Below the pieces are notes generated by a model. The model was not told the origin of the DNA and made no database searches. It saw nothing but the letters and a program-made list of their open reading frames with translations. A program made the position numbers and the translations under genes. A stretch of 64,000 nucleotides of DNA from Octopus sinensis (Eukaryota), in the NCBI RefSeq assembly GCF_006345805.1, contig NC_043011.1, positions 41,056,464 through 41,120,463 of the forward strand, written 5' to 3'. This document shows, one piece after another, positions 1 to 13,790 of this stretch. Position 1 is the stretch's first letter, and every line of letters starts with the position of its first letter.

Positions 1-249
1 ATATATATACACACACACATACATGTATAAGTATATCGATACATACATACAAATATATATTATTATATGTACATACATGCATAAATATTATATGTATATA
101 TATATAAATATACATATATATATATATATATTATATATATATATGTATATCTATCTATGTGTATATATGTGTGTGTGAGTGTGAGTATACATATATGTAT
201 ATATATATATATGTGTTGTGGTGTGTGTGTGTGTGTGTGTGTGTGTGTA

Positions 250-530
250 TCTATTATATAAAATCCGTTCTGTCTATCTGTGTGTGTGTCTTCTAGGATC
301 TCGGGCATCCTCCATCCGATTGCGCTCAAATTTGATATGTAGATACCGACAGTATCAGGGCGTGTATATAAGTCTTGAAAAAATTTACAAGAATCGATTC
401 CAGGTGAGAATGCGATCGATAAAACCGTGGGAATGCGCATTTGTATGCGCAAGTACATCAGTTGTTGCGATCGATACTACGCGTACACGAGAAAAATGCA
501 CGTGCAGTTTGCGTAAAAAAAGCCGGCTGA
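250..530 (+). mobile_element. Non-autonomous Helitron/HINE-like element, 5' part
   Basis: Begins TCTATTATATAAAATCCGTTCTGTCTATCTGTG (TC start plus CTGT-type microsatellite); a reverse-complement copy lies at ~47340-47495. Confidence 0.5.
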
Positions 531-737
531 CTTGAAATAATGCCACAAAATGCAATATATTTAAGAAACCAAAAAAGTAAGATGCAAAAAAGATATTTTC
601 TTCAAACTTAGCATGAAGGAAGGAAAGACTATTTGGCTTCTCATGAAGTTTTTTTTCTTTTAGCCTTAACTTATATATATATATATATATATATAACTTA
701 TATATATATATATATATAACTTATATATATATATATA

Positions 738-3340
738 AGTCAAATGGCCCAATGTCAGATGGCCCGAGGGCCTTTCTCTCCCAGGAATGACAAGATGTGA
801 ACGAGGACAGGCGAGGTCCCTCCTGAACCTCATCAACACCCTGTACATGGAGCAGGTAATACTCCAACCAACCAGGGCAGGTAACACACTGGATCTCTGC
901 TTCACAAATGACATGGATCTCATCCATAATGTGAAAGTGACACCGACACTACTCTCGGATCACAACATGATAGAGCTGACCATGTACGGGCCAAAAGAGA
1001 GCACGGACATGCAGCCTACAAGAAACCCTCAAAATCTTTCCAGCTTGAACTACCATAAGGCAAACTGGAAACAAATTGAGAAAGAGATCCTCAAACAAAA
1101 CTGGCCTAAATGTCTCTCCTCGCCAGACATCGACGTGAAACTTCAACAATTCATGTCTGTAATGCAAGCCATATGCTACAAATGTGTCCCAGAGAGAAAG
1201 GCCACTGTACACAAGAACAAAATCCCCAGAGAGAGGAAAATTTTAATGAGACGGCGTACGAAATTTTCAAATCACCTAAACAAACAGATTGAAAGCAGTG
1301 AAAAGTCCCGCCTAAAAATAAAACTGTTGGAAATCGAAAAATGTCTGCACTCTCCCATGAAAAAGAAAGAGCAGACAAAGAAGCCTGGGCTATAGAAAAC
1401 ATAAAATCTAACCCCAGCTTTCTACAGTATGCCAAAGAACAGCTACAGTGCACTGTAGAATAGGGCCACTCCTCGAAAAGGATGGCACACTTACAGGAAA
1501 ACCATGAGGGTAAGTGAAATACTGAATGAGCAATTCAAGAGTGTTTTCACTCCACCCCTTGGAATCTCCAAATCACCAATCCAACTGACTTTTTTACCAC
1601 TGCAGATATAAAATCAGAGGCGGCGACGATAGATTACATCGATATAAAGAAGACGATGTACCAAGGCTATAGATGAAATGAAAACAGACTCAGCTACTGG
1701 CCCCGATGGATTCCCGGCAATCCTCCTAAAAGCATGTAAGAGAGTCCTAGCAAGACCACTGCAGTTCCTCTTTTCAGAGCTTCCTTGCAACTGGTAAACT
1801 CCCAAGAAAACTGAAGGAGGTAAAATATGCCCTATTCATAAGGAGGTAGCAGAGCGGAGGCCAAGAACTACAGACCTATCTCTGACCTCACACATCAGCA
1901 AGGTCATGGAACGAATAGTCAGAAGGAAGCTGATCACCTTCCTTTAAGAGAATGACTTGCTGCCCGACACCCAACATGGTTTCCGACCAGGGAGAACGTT
2001 TTCAACTCAGCTCACAACACTATGACTGGGTGCTGAAACGGCTGCTCAACCACTCAAATGTGGAAGTGATATATCTCGACTTTGCAAAGGCCTTTGATAA
2101 GTCGATCATGGAATGATATGTCACAAACTGCGTGATCTCAACATAGTTGGAAAACTGGGAGAATGGCTTCATGACTTTCTGAGGATAGAAGTCAGGTGGT
2201 AGTAGCCAATGGGGCCACCTCCATTAACACACAAATAGTGAGCGGTGTTCCGCAGGGCACTGTTCTGGGACCACTACTGTTCATAATGGCCCTCTCAGAC
2301 ATGCCCTCAGCCACGCAAGAGCCACGATCACAAGTTATGCAGATGATACAAAAGTTTCACAGGCAATACAGAACCCTGAGGACACTAAACACCTGCAATG
2401 TGAGCTGGACGAAATATACAAGTGGGCTGAAAAGAATAGCATGCAGTTCAATGCTGGAAAGTTTCAAGCTTTATACTATCAGCATGCAAAACTGAATGCA
2501 ATACCCATGAATACACTGGACCCGGAGGGATTGCAATCCCAGAGGCACAATCAGTGCGTGACCTGGGTATTCACATGAGTGATGACGCGATCTTTCATGT
2601 ACATGTTGCTAAACTGACAATGAAATGTAGACGGCTGGCTGGATGGATTCTTAGAACCTTTAGAACAAGAGAACAAGAAACCATGATGGTCCTCTGGAAG
2701 ACACTTGTCCTAAGCCACTTTGACTATTGCTCTCAGCTATGGTCACCATCCAGTGTCAAGTTGATCACAGAACTTGAGGCGATCCAACGAAGCTGCACAA
2801 AGAAGATAGCCTCTATGCAGAATGTAAGCTACTGGGAAAGACTCAAGAGATTAGAATTATATTCCCTGGAGCGTAGGCGGGAAAGATATGCCATAATATA
2901 CATCTGGAAGATCCTGGAGGGAAGTGTCCTGAACTTTGGCATCGAGAGTTACGCAAATGCCAGAACTGGGCGCCACTGCGTGGTGCCTAGGACTCCAAAC
3001 CTGCCATCAAGATGTAGGACAAGATTCTGTGATAGCCTGGGCTTCCGAGGCCCACAGCTCTTCAATATCTCCCGAAGAACCTGAGAGACCTGCATGGGGT
3101 GGATATAGATGTCTTTAAAATGAAGCTGGATCTCTTCCTGTCAGGTGGTCCAGATGAACCAACTTCACGGCAGGAGGGGCAGATGAGGGCAGCTGCATCG
3201 AACTCTCTCATGCACCAAATAGCAGTTGCTAGAAAGCCTCCATGAAGTGAAACCAGTCAGCAACACCAAATGGCGGTGCCCCAGCATGGCCACAGCTCAT
3301 AAGCTGAAACTAGAATCAATCAATCATCAATCAATCAATC
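738..3340 (+). mobile_element. 5'-truncated, frameshifted APE-RT LINE (CR1/L2-group-like) with (ATCA)n tail
   Basis: APE C-terminal motifs PTR..NTLDLCF and SDH; RT motifs QHGFRPG, YLDFAKAFD, SGVPQGTVLGP, YADDTK; C-terminal RDLG and SLERRRER; several frameshifts and stops; 3' hairpin then ATCAATCAATC. Confidence 0.92.
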
Positions 3341-3541
3341 ATATATAAAAGGCATGCTTAATTATTTTTTAATGAAAAGAAAACACTGATTGCCTTTTAT
3401 TCAACAGATATGATTCAGCACCGTCCATTGGACGGTAGGGGGGGGGGGCGTTTTACTCACATATATATATGTGACCGCGTGTGTACCGTTGGCGATTTTT
3501 TTCCCTCCGAATTCCCTTCTCTGGATCTTTCCTTTTCCTGT

Positions 3542-3576
3542 GTTTCTGACGAAGAGCTCCGCTCGAAACGTAAAAC
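3542..3576 (+). ncRNA. Minimal type-I hammerhead ribozyme (Penelope pLTR type)
   Basis: gttt-CTGACGA-A-GAGC(tcc)GCTC-GAAACGTA-aaac: stem I gttt/aaac, 4-bp stem II, palindromic ACGT stem III, GUA site. Confidence 0.8.
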
Positions 3577-3754
3577 CCTCCTTCTTCCCTTCCTTCCTGA
3601 GCGTCCAATAATACTATATTTGTTCCACGTCCTCGCGTTGTTGTGTTTTCTCTTTGTGGTGTGGTATGTGTTGGATATATTTAATATATATAATTATATA
3701 TATATATATATATATATATAATTATATATATATACATATGTGTATGTATGTATG

Positions 3755-3797
<43 letters not shown>

Positions 3798-3838
3798 TGT
3801 GTATATAAAATATGTATAATTTATATATGTACGTATAG

Positions 3839-3901
<63 letters not shown>

Positions 3902-4265
3902 CATGCATACACACATACGCACACACGCATACATATACACACGCACATATGCATACGATATGTGCACTGTGCGTTTGTTGGGGCTGTATTGAAAACACGA
4001 TCGTTACATTCATGGTAAAAGCTATGCTAAAACGAAAACACTCTCTCTCTTTCTCTCCCCTTCTCTCTCTCTCTCTTTCTTATCTATCTATCCATCTATC
4101 TGTCATATATGTATACGATAGATATAAAGGAATATCTATCCCTCTATCTATCTATCTATCTATATATCTATCTATCTATCTGTCTATCTATCACTATCTC
4201 TCTTTCTCTCTCTCTCACTCTCTCTCTCACTCTCTCTCTCTCTCACTCTCTCTCTCTCTCTCTAT

Positions 4266-4323
<58 letters not shown>

Positions 4324-4625
4324 ATATATATATATGTATGTTATATATATGTATATATATATACGTACATATGTTTACATATATTTTAAAATTTTATACT
4401 TTTCTACGCGTCATAGTCAGTGGGCCTCTGTGTGTGTATATATATATAGAGAGATAGATGTATGTGTGTGCGTTTGTATATACATACATATAAAAAGTAT
4501 ATTTACACAGATATATGAGTATACATATATATATAATATACAAACACACACACTATATTACATGCATATAGCTATGCATATGCATGCATTTAGATATGTA
4601 TATATAAATATATATATATATATAT

Positions 4626-4681
<56 letters not shown>

Positions 4682-4854
4682 CTAGATGTGTATAAAGTGA
4701 ATCACCAGTGAATTTGACATCAACATTGAACTGTATTAGATTATTTTCTGATTTCAATGTCGACATTCGCCTTCAATAATGGAATCCCATGGAACCGTTC
4801 TTTATTGTGATCATGGCTCGAGCTGCATGCATGCATATATGTATGCGCGTATGT

Positions 4855-4893
<39 letters not shown>

Positions 4894-5019
4894 TATATAC
4901 ACACATCCTCACATACATATACACAAACATATACAACCAGGCGTATATGTACCTATGTATCTATCGATGTGATTTGAAATGTATCTTTCTGTGACAAGAA
5001 TATTTCATACTGTATGTGT

Positions 5020-5058
<39 letters not shown>

Positions 5059-5254
5059 AATGTACATGTACTTGTGTATTTCAGTTTACATATATATATA
5101 CATATATATAAATATATATATATATATTTATATTTATATATATACATATGTATATATATATATATATATGCGCACAGACACACATATGCTTATTCATGTG
5201 ATTTTACAAACGTGTTTCTTATGTGTATGTTTTTCGTGTGCGTATGTTTATGTT

Positions 5255-5286
<32 letters not shown>

Positions 5287-5452
5287 GAGAAGAGAGAGCG
5301 AGAGAGAAAGAAAGAGTAAGAGATAATAGAGAAAGAAAGAAAGAGGAGAAATAGGAGAAATAGAGCAAGAAGAAAGAGAGACAAGGACAGAAGAGAGAGA
5401 GAAGAAAGACAAGAGAGAAAGATTATACATATATACGCAAACACACACATCA

Positions 5453-5505
<53 letters not shown>

Positions 5506-6077
5506 AAACAATATATACTCATATATAATTATATATAAATATATATATAGTTTATATACACATATAATGAATATATATATATATGTGATATGTATATATA
5601 TATCATACATCCATATAACATATATATATAATTATATACACACAAAATCTTTTTTTAAATATGATTGAGTGCATATGTATGTTTTATATCGGTTATATAT
5701 GAGAAAACCGCATATTTATACTTATATACATTTATCCCTACCTACCTACCTACCTACCTACCAACCTACCTACATACATACATACATACATACATACATG
5801 AATACATACATATATATATATACACACACAATAATATACGAGTACACATACACATTTACATATATAAGTAAATGTATATGTATATATACATATATATAAA
5901 ATATATATATATGATATATATATGTATGTATGTATATATGTGTGTATGTTGATAAGTAGATAGGTAGGTATGAATCTATATTTACATAAATATGAAAAAT
6001 GTATGTATGTGTATATACATACATATATACATACATACAACATACATATATATATATATACATTTATACAAATATGT

Positions 6078-6119
<42 letters not shown>

Positions 6120-6633
6120 ATTATATATATTATATATATATACATATATATATGTATGTATGTATGAAGTACACACTGACAAACTATTTCATACATACAA
6201 AAGAACACACACACGCACACACATACACACAAACCAGATACATGACACAACACCACACACATATATGTATATGACACATATTTTTTGTATATTTATCAAG
6301 AGAGCAACGTGTAACGGTAAATGTTGATTCTTTTTTTTATCTTATTCAGGTGAGATAATTAATTTAGAAAATATTCAGGTAAGAAATATGAAATTTCTAA
6401 TTTCTCTTGTTTCAAGACTGAAATAATTGCTCTGGTTCTGGTTTTCAGAAGATTCTAAAAGAATTACCAAAATCTGGCATAATCTCTGACGACAGACATC
6501 TCATTGAGAAATAACAAGGGGAATTACGTGTACATATGATGCGCACAATTATATACACTCCTATTTATATACGTTCTTACGTACATTTATACGTATATAT
6601 GTTCTTACATGCACACCTACGTACAAATATACG

Positions 6634-6673
<40 letters not shown>

Positions 6674-6735
6674 TCAAAAAATTATGTATGTGTATGCATG
6701 ATACTAGATACATGCATGTATACATACAATATATA

Positions 6736-6806
<71 letters not shown>

Positions 6807-6809
6807 AGA

Positions 6810-6974
6810 GGTAAGAAGCTTGATTACCAACCATATGGGTCTGGGTTCAGTCCCACTGCGTGGAACCTTGAGCAAGTGTCTTCTACTATAACCTCGGACC
6901 GACCAAAGCCTTGTGAGTGGATTTTGGTAGACAGATACTGAAAGAAGCACGTCGTGAAATGAAAGAGGCACGTC

Positions 6975-7029
<55 letters not shown>

Positions 7030-7033
7030 TATA

Positions 7034-7069
<36 letters not shown>

Positions 7070-7330
7070 TGTAGTATGTATGTATGTATGTATGTATGTA
7101 TGTATGTATGTATGTATCTGCGTTTCTGTGTTTGTACACCCACCACCATCGCTTGATAACCGATTCTGGTGTGTTTATGTCGCCACAACTTAGTGTATCG
7201 GCAAAAGAGACCAATAGAATAAGTACTAGGCTTACAAAGAATAATTCCTGCGTCGAATTGTCCGACTAAAGGCGACGCTCCAGTATGGCCGCAGTCAAAT
7301 GACCGAAACAAAAGAATAAGAAAATAAAAG
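6810..7330 (+). mobile_element. SINE family A (tRNA-like head, internal microsatellite, LINE-like 3' tail)
   Basis: GGTTCAGTCCC B-box-like head; tail ...CCAGTATGGCCGCAGTCAAATGACCGAAAC; more than ten copies or fragments in the window. Confidence 0.85.
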
Positions 7331-7438
7331 AATATGTGTATATATATGTGTGTGTGCATGTGTGTGTGTTTGTGTAATTATACATATCTACATATGTATA
7401 TATGCATATATCTAAATATGAGAGGCGTATATATATAT

Positions 7439-7470
<32 letters not shown>

Positions 7471-7683
7471 ATACATTCGTGCGAATATATGTACAGTGCA
7501 TGCATATATACACATACGTACACACGTATGTAAATATATACGTTCACCTTTATACGCATATTCATACAAATATACACATTTACGAGAAGCATATAAACAT
7601 GCATGCTAACACACATACACACTTACACACATTATACACACATACACACACATATATATATGTAAATATATATGTATATAATA

Positions 7684-7778
<95 letters not shown>

Positions 7779-8154
7779 ATATATATAGTAATACATTTGT
7801 TGCACATAGATATACAGGTATACATATATATACTCATACACATATATACATATAGATACATTTGCGGGTATATACATACATGCATACATACGTATGTGTT
7901 GCCTTCACTGATACATGCCCAAACACACACACACATGCCCACATTTATACATTATACATGTACACACGCGCGCACACATAAATATACATTACAAATACCT
8001 ACATTTACATACATACATGCATGCACATACATGCATGCATACATGCATGCATGTACATGCATGGATATATGTACGTACATACATACATACATTAACAAGA
8101 CAGGACACCCGGTTAGACCCTTCAAACTGGAACATTCAGTTTGAAGATTATATA

Positions 8155-8197
<43 letters not shown>

Positions 8198-8198
8198 C

Positions 8199-8236
<38 letters not shown>

Positions 8237-8262
8237 TATATATATACAACACACACACAGAG

Positions 8263-8650
8263 GTGGAGGTGCATTGGCTCAGTGGTTAGGGCAGCAGATT
8301 CGCAGTCGTAGGATCACGGTTTCAATTCCCAGAGCGGGCATTATGAGTGTTTATCGAAAACACCTAAAGCTCCACGAGGCTCTGGCAGGGGGTGGTGGTG
8401 AACCTTGCTGTACTCTTTCACCACAACTTTCTCTCACTCTTTCTTCTTGTTTCTGTTGTGCCTGTATTTCAAAGGGCCAACCTTGTCACACTCTGTGTCA
8501 CGCTGAATCTTCCTGAGAACTACATTAAGGGTGCACGTGTCTGTGGAGTGCTCAGCCACTTGCACGTTAATAAATGAGCTGCAACGTCACTGGTGCCAAG
8601 CTGTATCGGGCTTTGATTTCCCTTGGATAACTTCAGTGGTGTGAAGAAGC
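8263..8650 (+). mobile_element. tRNA-derived SINE family C
   Basis: TGGCTCAGTGG A-box and GGTTTCAATTCC B-box; body TTAAGGGT..GTCTGTGGAGTGCTCAGCCACTTG shared with 26520-26822 (-). Confidence 0.75.
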
Positions 8651-8805
8651 GCTTATCGTTCTTAGATAAAAGAAAAAAAAACAATCCACAACCTTCCTTC
8701 TCAATAAACCACAACTGTTCCTGAAAGTTGCATTTTTATATTCACTACGGATTGATTGAAGCTAACTATCTTCCTACACCTCGATCCCTTGATCATACAT
8801 TCAAC

Positions 8806-8853
<48 letters not shown>

Positions 8854-8857
8854 TAAA

Positions 8858-9060
8858 TATCTTTTACATGTTTCAGTCATTAGACTGAGGTCATGCTGGG
8901 GCACAGCCTTCAAGAATTCTTAGTCGAATGTATTGACCTCAGTACTTATTTTTTAAAAGCTTGGTGCTTATTCTATCGGTCTCTTTGCTGAACCGCTAAG
9001 TTAGAGGGATGTAAACACACCACCGGTTCTCAAGCGCTGGAGGGAGACACACACAGACAC
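8858..9060 (-). mobile_element. SINE family A, 3' half
   Basis: Reverse complement of the family A tail. Confidence 0.7.
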
Positions 9061-9284
9061 AGACAAATGCGCACACACGATATATATATGTGTGTATATA
9101 TATATACATATATATATATTATATATATATATATATATAATATATATATATAATATAATACAATATTAAATATAATATAATACAATATAGTATAATATAA
9201 ATAATATATATATAATATAAATAATATATATATATATATGCATTTTTACATACGTATATGTACATACTACATCTATACGTATAG

Positions 9285-9333
<49 letters not shown>

Positions 9334-9627
9334 TATTATATATACATATGCATATGTGGGCACAGGACGTCACGAAACGTGTACAACAAGAAATACGAAG
9401 TGGTGCGTGTACATGGAATATGAACTATTTTTCGAACAACGAAAGACACAAGTGGAAAACAAGACAAACAACACAAAAAATTACCCTTCTCAGTTGTTGG
9501 CTGTTTTTCTACTCTCGTATTCGAGTATTTATATACATATGTCCTCAGTTAACACCCAAACACTCTGAAATGTTCATATATATATACATAAATACATATA
9601 TACATACATATACGCCACACACACACA

Positions 9628-9672
<45 letters not shown>

Positions 9673-9675
9673 TAC

Positions 9676-9712
<37 letters not shown>

Positions 9713-9774
9713 TATATATATATTATATATATATATATATATATAATATATATATATATATGGATGTATGATTA

Positions 9775-9960
9775 TGTGTGTGTCTGTATTTGTCCCTCAC
9801 CCCTCCATCACTGGACAACTAATGCTGGTGTGTTTATGTCCCCGTAACTTAGTGGTTCAGCAAAGCCAAGTACCGATAGAATAAGTACATGGCTTATAAA
9901 AAATAAGGCGGTACTCCAGCATGGCCGCAGTCAAGTGGCTGAAACAAGTAAAAGAATAAA
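9775..9960 (+). mobile_element. SINE family A, 3' half
   Basis: CCCGTAACTTAG...GGCGGTACTCCAGCATGGCCGCAGTCAAGTGGCTGAAAC. Confidence 0.75.
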
Positions 9961-9982
9961 ATAATATGGAAAGAGTAAGGAA

Positions 9983-10025
<43 letters not shown>

Positions 10026-10184
10026 AACATGCATGCTTGTATGTATATATATATATATATATGTATGTGTGAGTCTCTATAAATATACATACATGTGAAT
10101 ATATTATATATATATGTATTTGTATATGTATATGTGTGTGTATATTTATGTATATTTACACACACACACACATACACACACACA

Positions 10185-10217
<33 letters not shown>

Positions 10218-10292
10218 CATACATACAGATACATACATATATTATTTACATATTTATTAAATTTTTTTTATATTCCATTTATATTTATATAT

Positions 10293-10335
<43 letters not shown>

Positions 10336-10690
10336 TAATTATATTATTTATATATATATAATATATATTTCTGCGCCATCTTTGGTTACGCCACCCGCCT
10401 TTCCTGCTAACCCATCGCCCACCCCATTCTACTAGCTCTCCTACTTCCTATTACCCAGTTCAATCAAGGTGTTCTAAATAGTCTTGGGAAAAGTTAGTGC
10501 CACATAATTTGATCTATAACTTACTGATTTCTGACACAAACCAAAAGAATTCAGTGGAATTGTCTGAAAATTTTAGAATATTACAGGAAACGACATGAAG
10601 ACTGGAGAAATTTAATCAATAAATATTACAGAAAGAAAAAAACAACAACAGATATTTGAAACTATGATATTATATACATGTGTATGCGGA

Positions 10691-10726
<36 letters not shown>

Positions 10727-10819
10727 TGTATGTATGTATGTATGTATGTATGTATGAATATATGTATGTATATGTGCATGTATGTGTCTCTCTCATTGTA
10801 TGCCAAATATATATAGATG

Positions 10820-10851
<32 letters not shown>

Positions 10852-11007
10852 CAGGTAGATAGATATATTTTATTTATACGTATAAAGATATATACGTGTA
10901 TCTAAGTATATAACCGTGAATATGCATGTAAATATATGAATAAATAATATATATATATTATATTTGAATACACACACACATATATATGTAATATATACTT
11001 ATATATA

Positions 11008-11059
<52 letters not shown>

Positions 11060-11216
11060 TACGTATGCATATGCATATATGAAGATTTATGTTGATATAT
11101 ATATATATGTATGTGTGTTGAATATATATATACATATGTATGAATATATATATGTGTGTGTGTGCGTGTGTGTGTGTGCATGTATATGAGAATATCCATC
11201 TATCCATCTGTCTATT

Positions 11217-11247
<31 letters not shown>

Positions 11248-11625
11248 TGTGTGTGTGTGTGTGTGTGTGTGTTCAACAACTCGGCTGATAGTTTGTGCTA
11301 TAACTATGAAAAATAAACAAATAGTGATAATGGATCAAATATACAACATCAAGGAAATATGAAATATTTACCACAATTTTTGCGGAACATCTTGATGTAT
11401 CTTAAAGAACATCTTGCTGTTTCGATGACTTTTCTTCTCATCAGCCGGTCCTGAATTAAAGGCGTTTAATGAATCAACATTTAAAGCAGTTACTGACATC
11501 AAGTGAGAGTAGTGTATGAATCAACCAGGATGGACAAAGTAATGAATATGTCACTTCCTGTAACAGAGAAAAATACAGCGTTGGAAAGATAGTTTAAATT
11601 ACTTTAAAAAGATCAACGGATGCAT

Positions 11626-11750
11626 CAGCATGGCCGCAGCTCTGAGCTGAAACTAGAAAAACAAAAAAAAATATATATATATATATAAATGGCGGTGCCC
11701 CAGCATGGCCACAGCTCATTAGCTGAAACTGGAAAAATCAAAAATCAAAT
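11626..11750 (+). mobile_element. Two solo 3' ends of the APE-RT LINE
   Basis: CAGCATGGCCGCAGCTCTGAGCTGAAACTAG and GGCGGTGCCCCAGCATGGCCACAGCTCATTAGCTGAAACT match the LINE end at 3272-3312. Confidence 0.75.
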
Positions 11751-11780
11751 ATATATATATATTTATTTATTTATCTATTG

Positions 11781-11814
<34 letters not shown>

Positions 11815-12016
11815 TTGTGTATGTTAGTTGGTATATTTTGTTTAAAACGTAGTAGAGTACAATATAAAGCTTTTCCACTTTCAGATTTCATCCTATGCTA
11901 TCAAGTAGTAGTATTATACATTCTTCCAGGTATGCGTTTGGGTTTCTGTCATGTGTGAATCGATAATTGAAATTTTTTTAGATTGAACAAGGAGTACGGT
12001 TGGACATTTATTTTTA

Positions 12017-12122
12017 ATCACTACAATTGTTTCTACGCAACGTAGTTCTCCAGGCGTGTAGATACTTCACTATGTAACCATTTCCCTGCATTATGAGATC
12101 TAGTTGTGTTTCCTCAGGTGAT
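12017..12122 (-). ncRNA. Type-I hammerhead ribozyme with long stem II (left arm of an inverted pair)
   Basis: Minus strand: atcac-CTGAGGA-A-[ACACAAC..TAG..TCTC...GAGA..CTA..GTTGCGT]-A-GAAACAATTGTA-gtgat. Confidence 0.75.
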
Positions 12123-12223
12123 ATGTAAATATTGTTTCCGTAAGTTCAAATTCTTGGCTTCAAGAGCATCCTCTCTGTCTGTCGTAGCCTGAAAGACAGA
12201 ACTTACGGAAACAATATTTAGAT

Positions 12224-12329
12224 ATCGCCTGAGGAAACCCAACTAGATCTCATAACGCAGAGAAACAATTGCATAAATAAGTACCTGCACGCATGGAGAA
12301 CTATGTTGCGTAGAAACAATTGTAGTGAT
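12224..12329 (+). ncRNA. Type-I hammerhead ribozyme with long stem II (right arm of an inverted pair)
   Basis: atcgc-CTGAGGA-A-[~75 nt stem II]-A-GAAACAATTGTA-gtgat; palindromic ACAATTGT stem III. Confidence 0.75.
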
Positions 12330-12468
12330 CAAAAATTGTATGTCCAACCGTACACCTTGTTGATCCAGATTTTTTCAATTACATATAAGTGTGCGTGTGT
12401 GCAGTGTGCGTGTATATGCATATATATATGTATATAAACATATATATATATATTCTTTTATTGTTTTA

Positions 12469-12854
12469 CTAGCAGTATCGCCCGGCGTTGCTCAGGTTTG
12501 TAAGGGAAATAACTATAAAGCATTTTTAGAGAGTATAGGCCAAAAAATAGCAAAAGATGAAAAAAAATGATGGGTAAAATTTTTTTTTTAAGTTAAAAAA
12601 GGTGGAGTTGCGTCCCCTAGACAGTGGTGCGGTTTGTGTTTCTCATTCTCGACCCCATGTCAAATTTATCGATTTTTTCAGAACTGGGGGGAACTTTTCA
12701 AAATTTTCGCTGTGTTAGTTTTAAATTATGACATTGGGCTATGTGTGTGTCAAGTTTCATCAGAATCGGTTGAAAGCCGTGGTCAGGGTGAGGGTACAAG
12801 AAAACAGACACACAGAAACACGCACAGACAAACTGCCGTTTATATAGAGAGAGA
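12469..12854 (-). mobile_element. Non-autonomous Helitron inserted in a SINE tail
   Basis: Minus strand 5'-TC...subterminal hairpin...CTAG-3' inserted between A and T; 3' end shared with 53117-53631. Confidence 0.75.
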
Positions 12855-13182
12855 TTTGTTTTAGTCATTTGACTGCGGCCATGCTGAAGCACCGCCTTTA
12901 GTCGAGCAAATCGACCCCAGGACTTATTCCTTCTAATCCTAGTACTTATTTAATCGGTCTCTTTTGCCGAACCGCTAAGTGACGGGGACGTAAACACACC
13001 AACATTGGTTGTCAAGCGATGGTGGGGTACAAATACAGACACACACAAATACATTTCCGTCTACCAAATCCACCCACAAAGCTTTGGTCGGTCCGAGGTT
13101 AGAGTAGAAGACTCTTGCCCAAGGTGCCACGCAGTGGGACTGAACCCAGAGCCATGTGGTTGGTGAGACCACTCCTACGCCT
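12855..13182 (-). mobile_element. SINE family A (tail split by the Helitron; remainder at ~12453-12468)
   Basis: Reverse complement of family A head and tail. Confidence 0.85.
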
Positions 13183-13232
13183 ATACATATATACATATGT
13201 ATATATATATACATGTGTGTGTGTCTACATGC

Positions 13233-13272
<40 letters not shown>

Positions 13273-13619
13273 GTATATGTGTGTGTCTATGAGTGTGTGT
13301 GTGTGTTGTGTGGTGTGTGTGTGTGTGTGTGTGGTGTGTGTGTGGTGTGTGTGTGTGTGTGTGTCAGTGTGTGTGTGCTTACGCGCATGAATTTAGGCAG
13401 TTCAATACTTGCTGATCGAAACGAGATGCTTAATCTTTGAGAGAACTCAACAGTCCAAGTGGTAGCGGGTGCTATGAGTTTCTGCGTATGTGAATGGAAC
13501 AAGCAGGAAGAAAGTGGTTATGTTTGTGATACATTCTTCCCATGAGTTTAATTCACAAATACATGAAATAATAGCACCGTTTTCCTGTTGAGCCGTTGAG
13601 TACTCTCAGAGATGGTAGA

Positions 13620-13790
13620 CGTCAGATCAGGTGATGTAGGTATGGGGTGTAGGGTCTGCGCTGTTGCAGCGCATCGCTGCATCTACCATTCGTCGGTATC
13701 TGCTCGGGTCGTCTCGGACCATCCACCGGGCAGTCTCCTTGTTCTCATCTCCGCGACCATGTAGACATGGTAGAGAGAGGCATAAAAAAT
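13620..13790 (-). mobile_element. RTE-clade LINE 3' end (degenerate)
   Basis: Minus translation RWMVRDDPSRYRRMVDAAMRC resembles RTE ORF C-termini, followed by a CCTGATCTGAC-type tail. Confidence 0.5.

Noticed and set aside
8265-8340. tRNA gene
   Set aside because: A and B boxes are present but there is no convincing acceptor stem or terminator, and the sequence continues into a SINE body
9480-9560. Minus-strand CTGAGGA...GAATACGAGAGTA
   Set aside because: GAAA core broken and stems not supported
11410-11446. Minus-strand CTGATGA-GAAGA(aaag)TCATC-GAAACAGC hammerhead-like core
   Set aside because: Stem III, cleavage triplet and stem I partner are missing; at best a truncated relic
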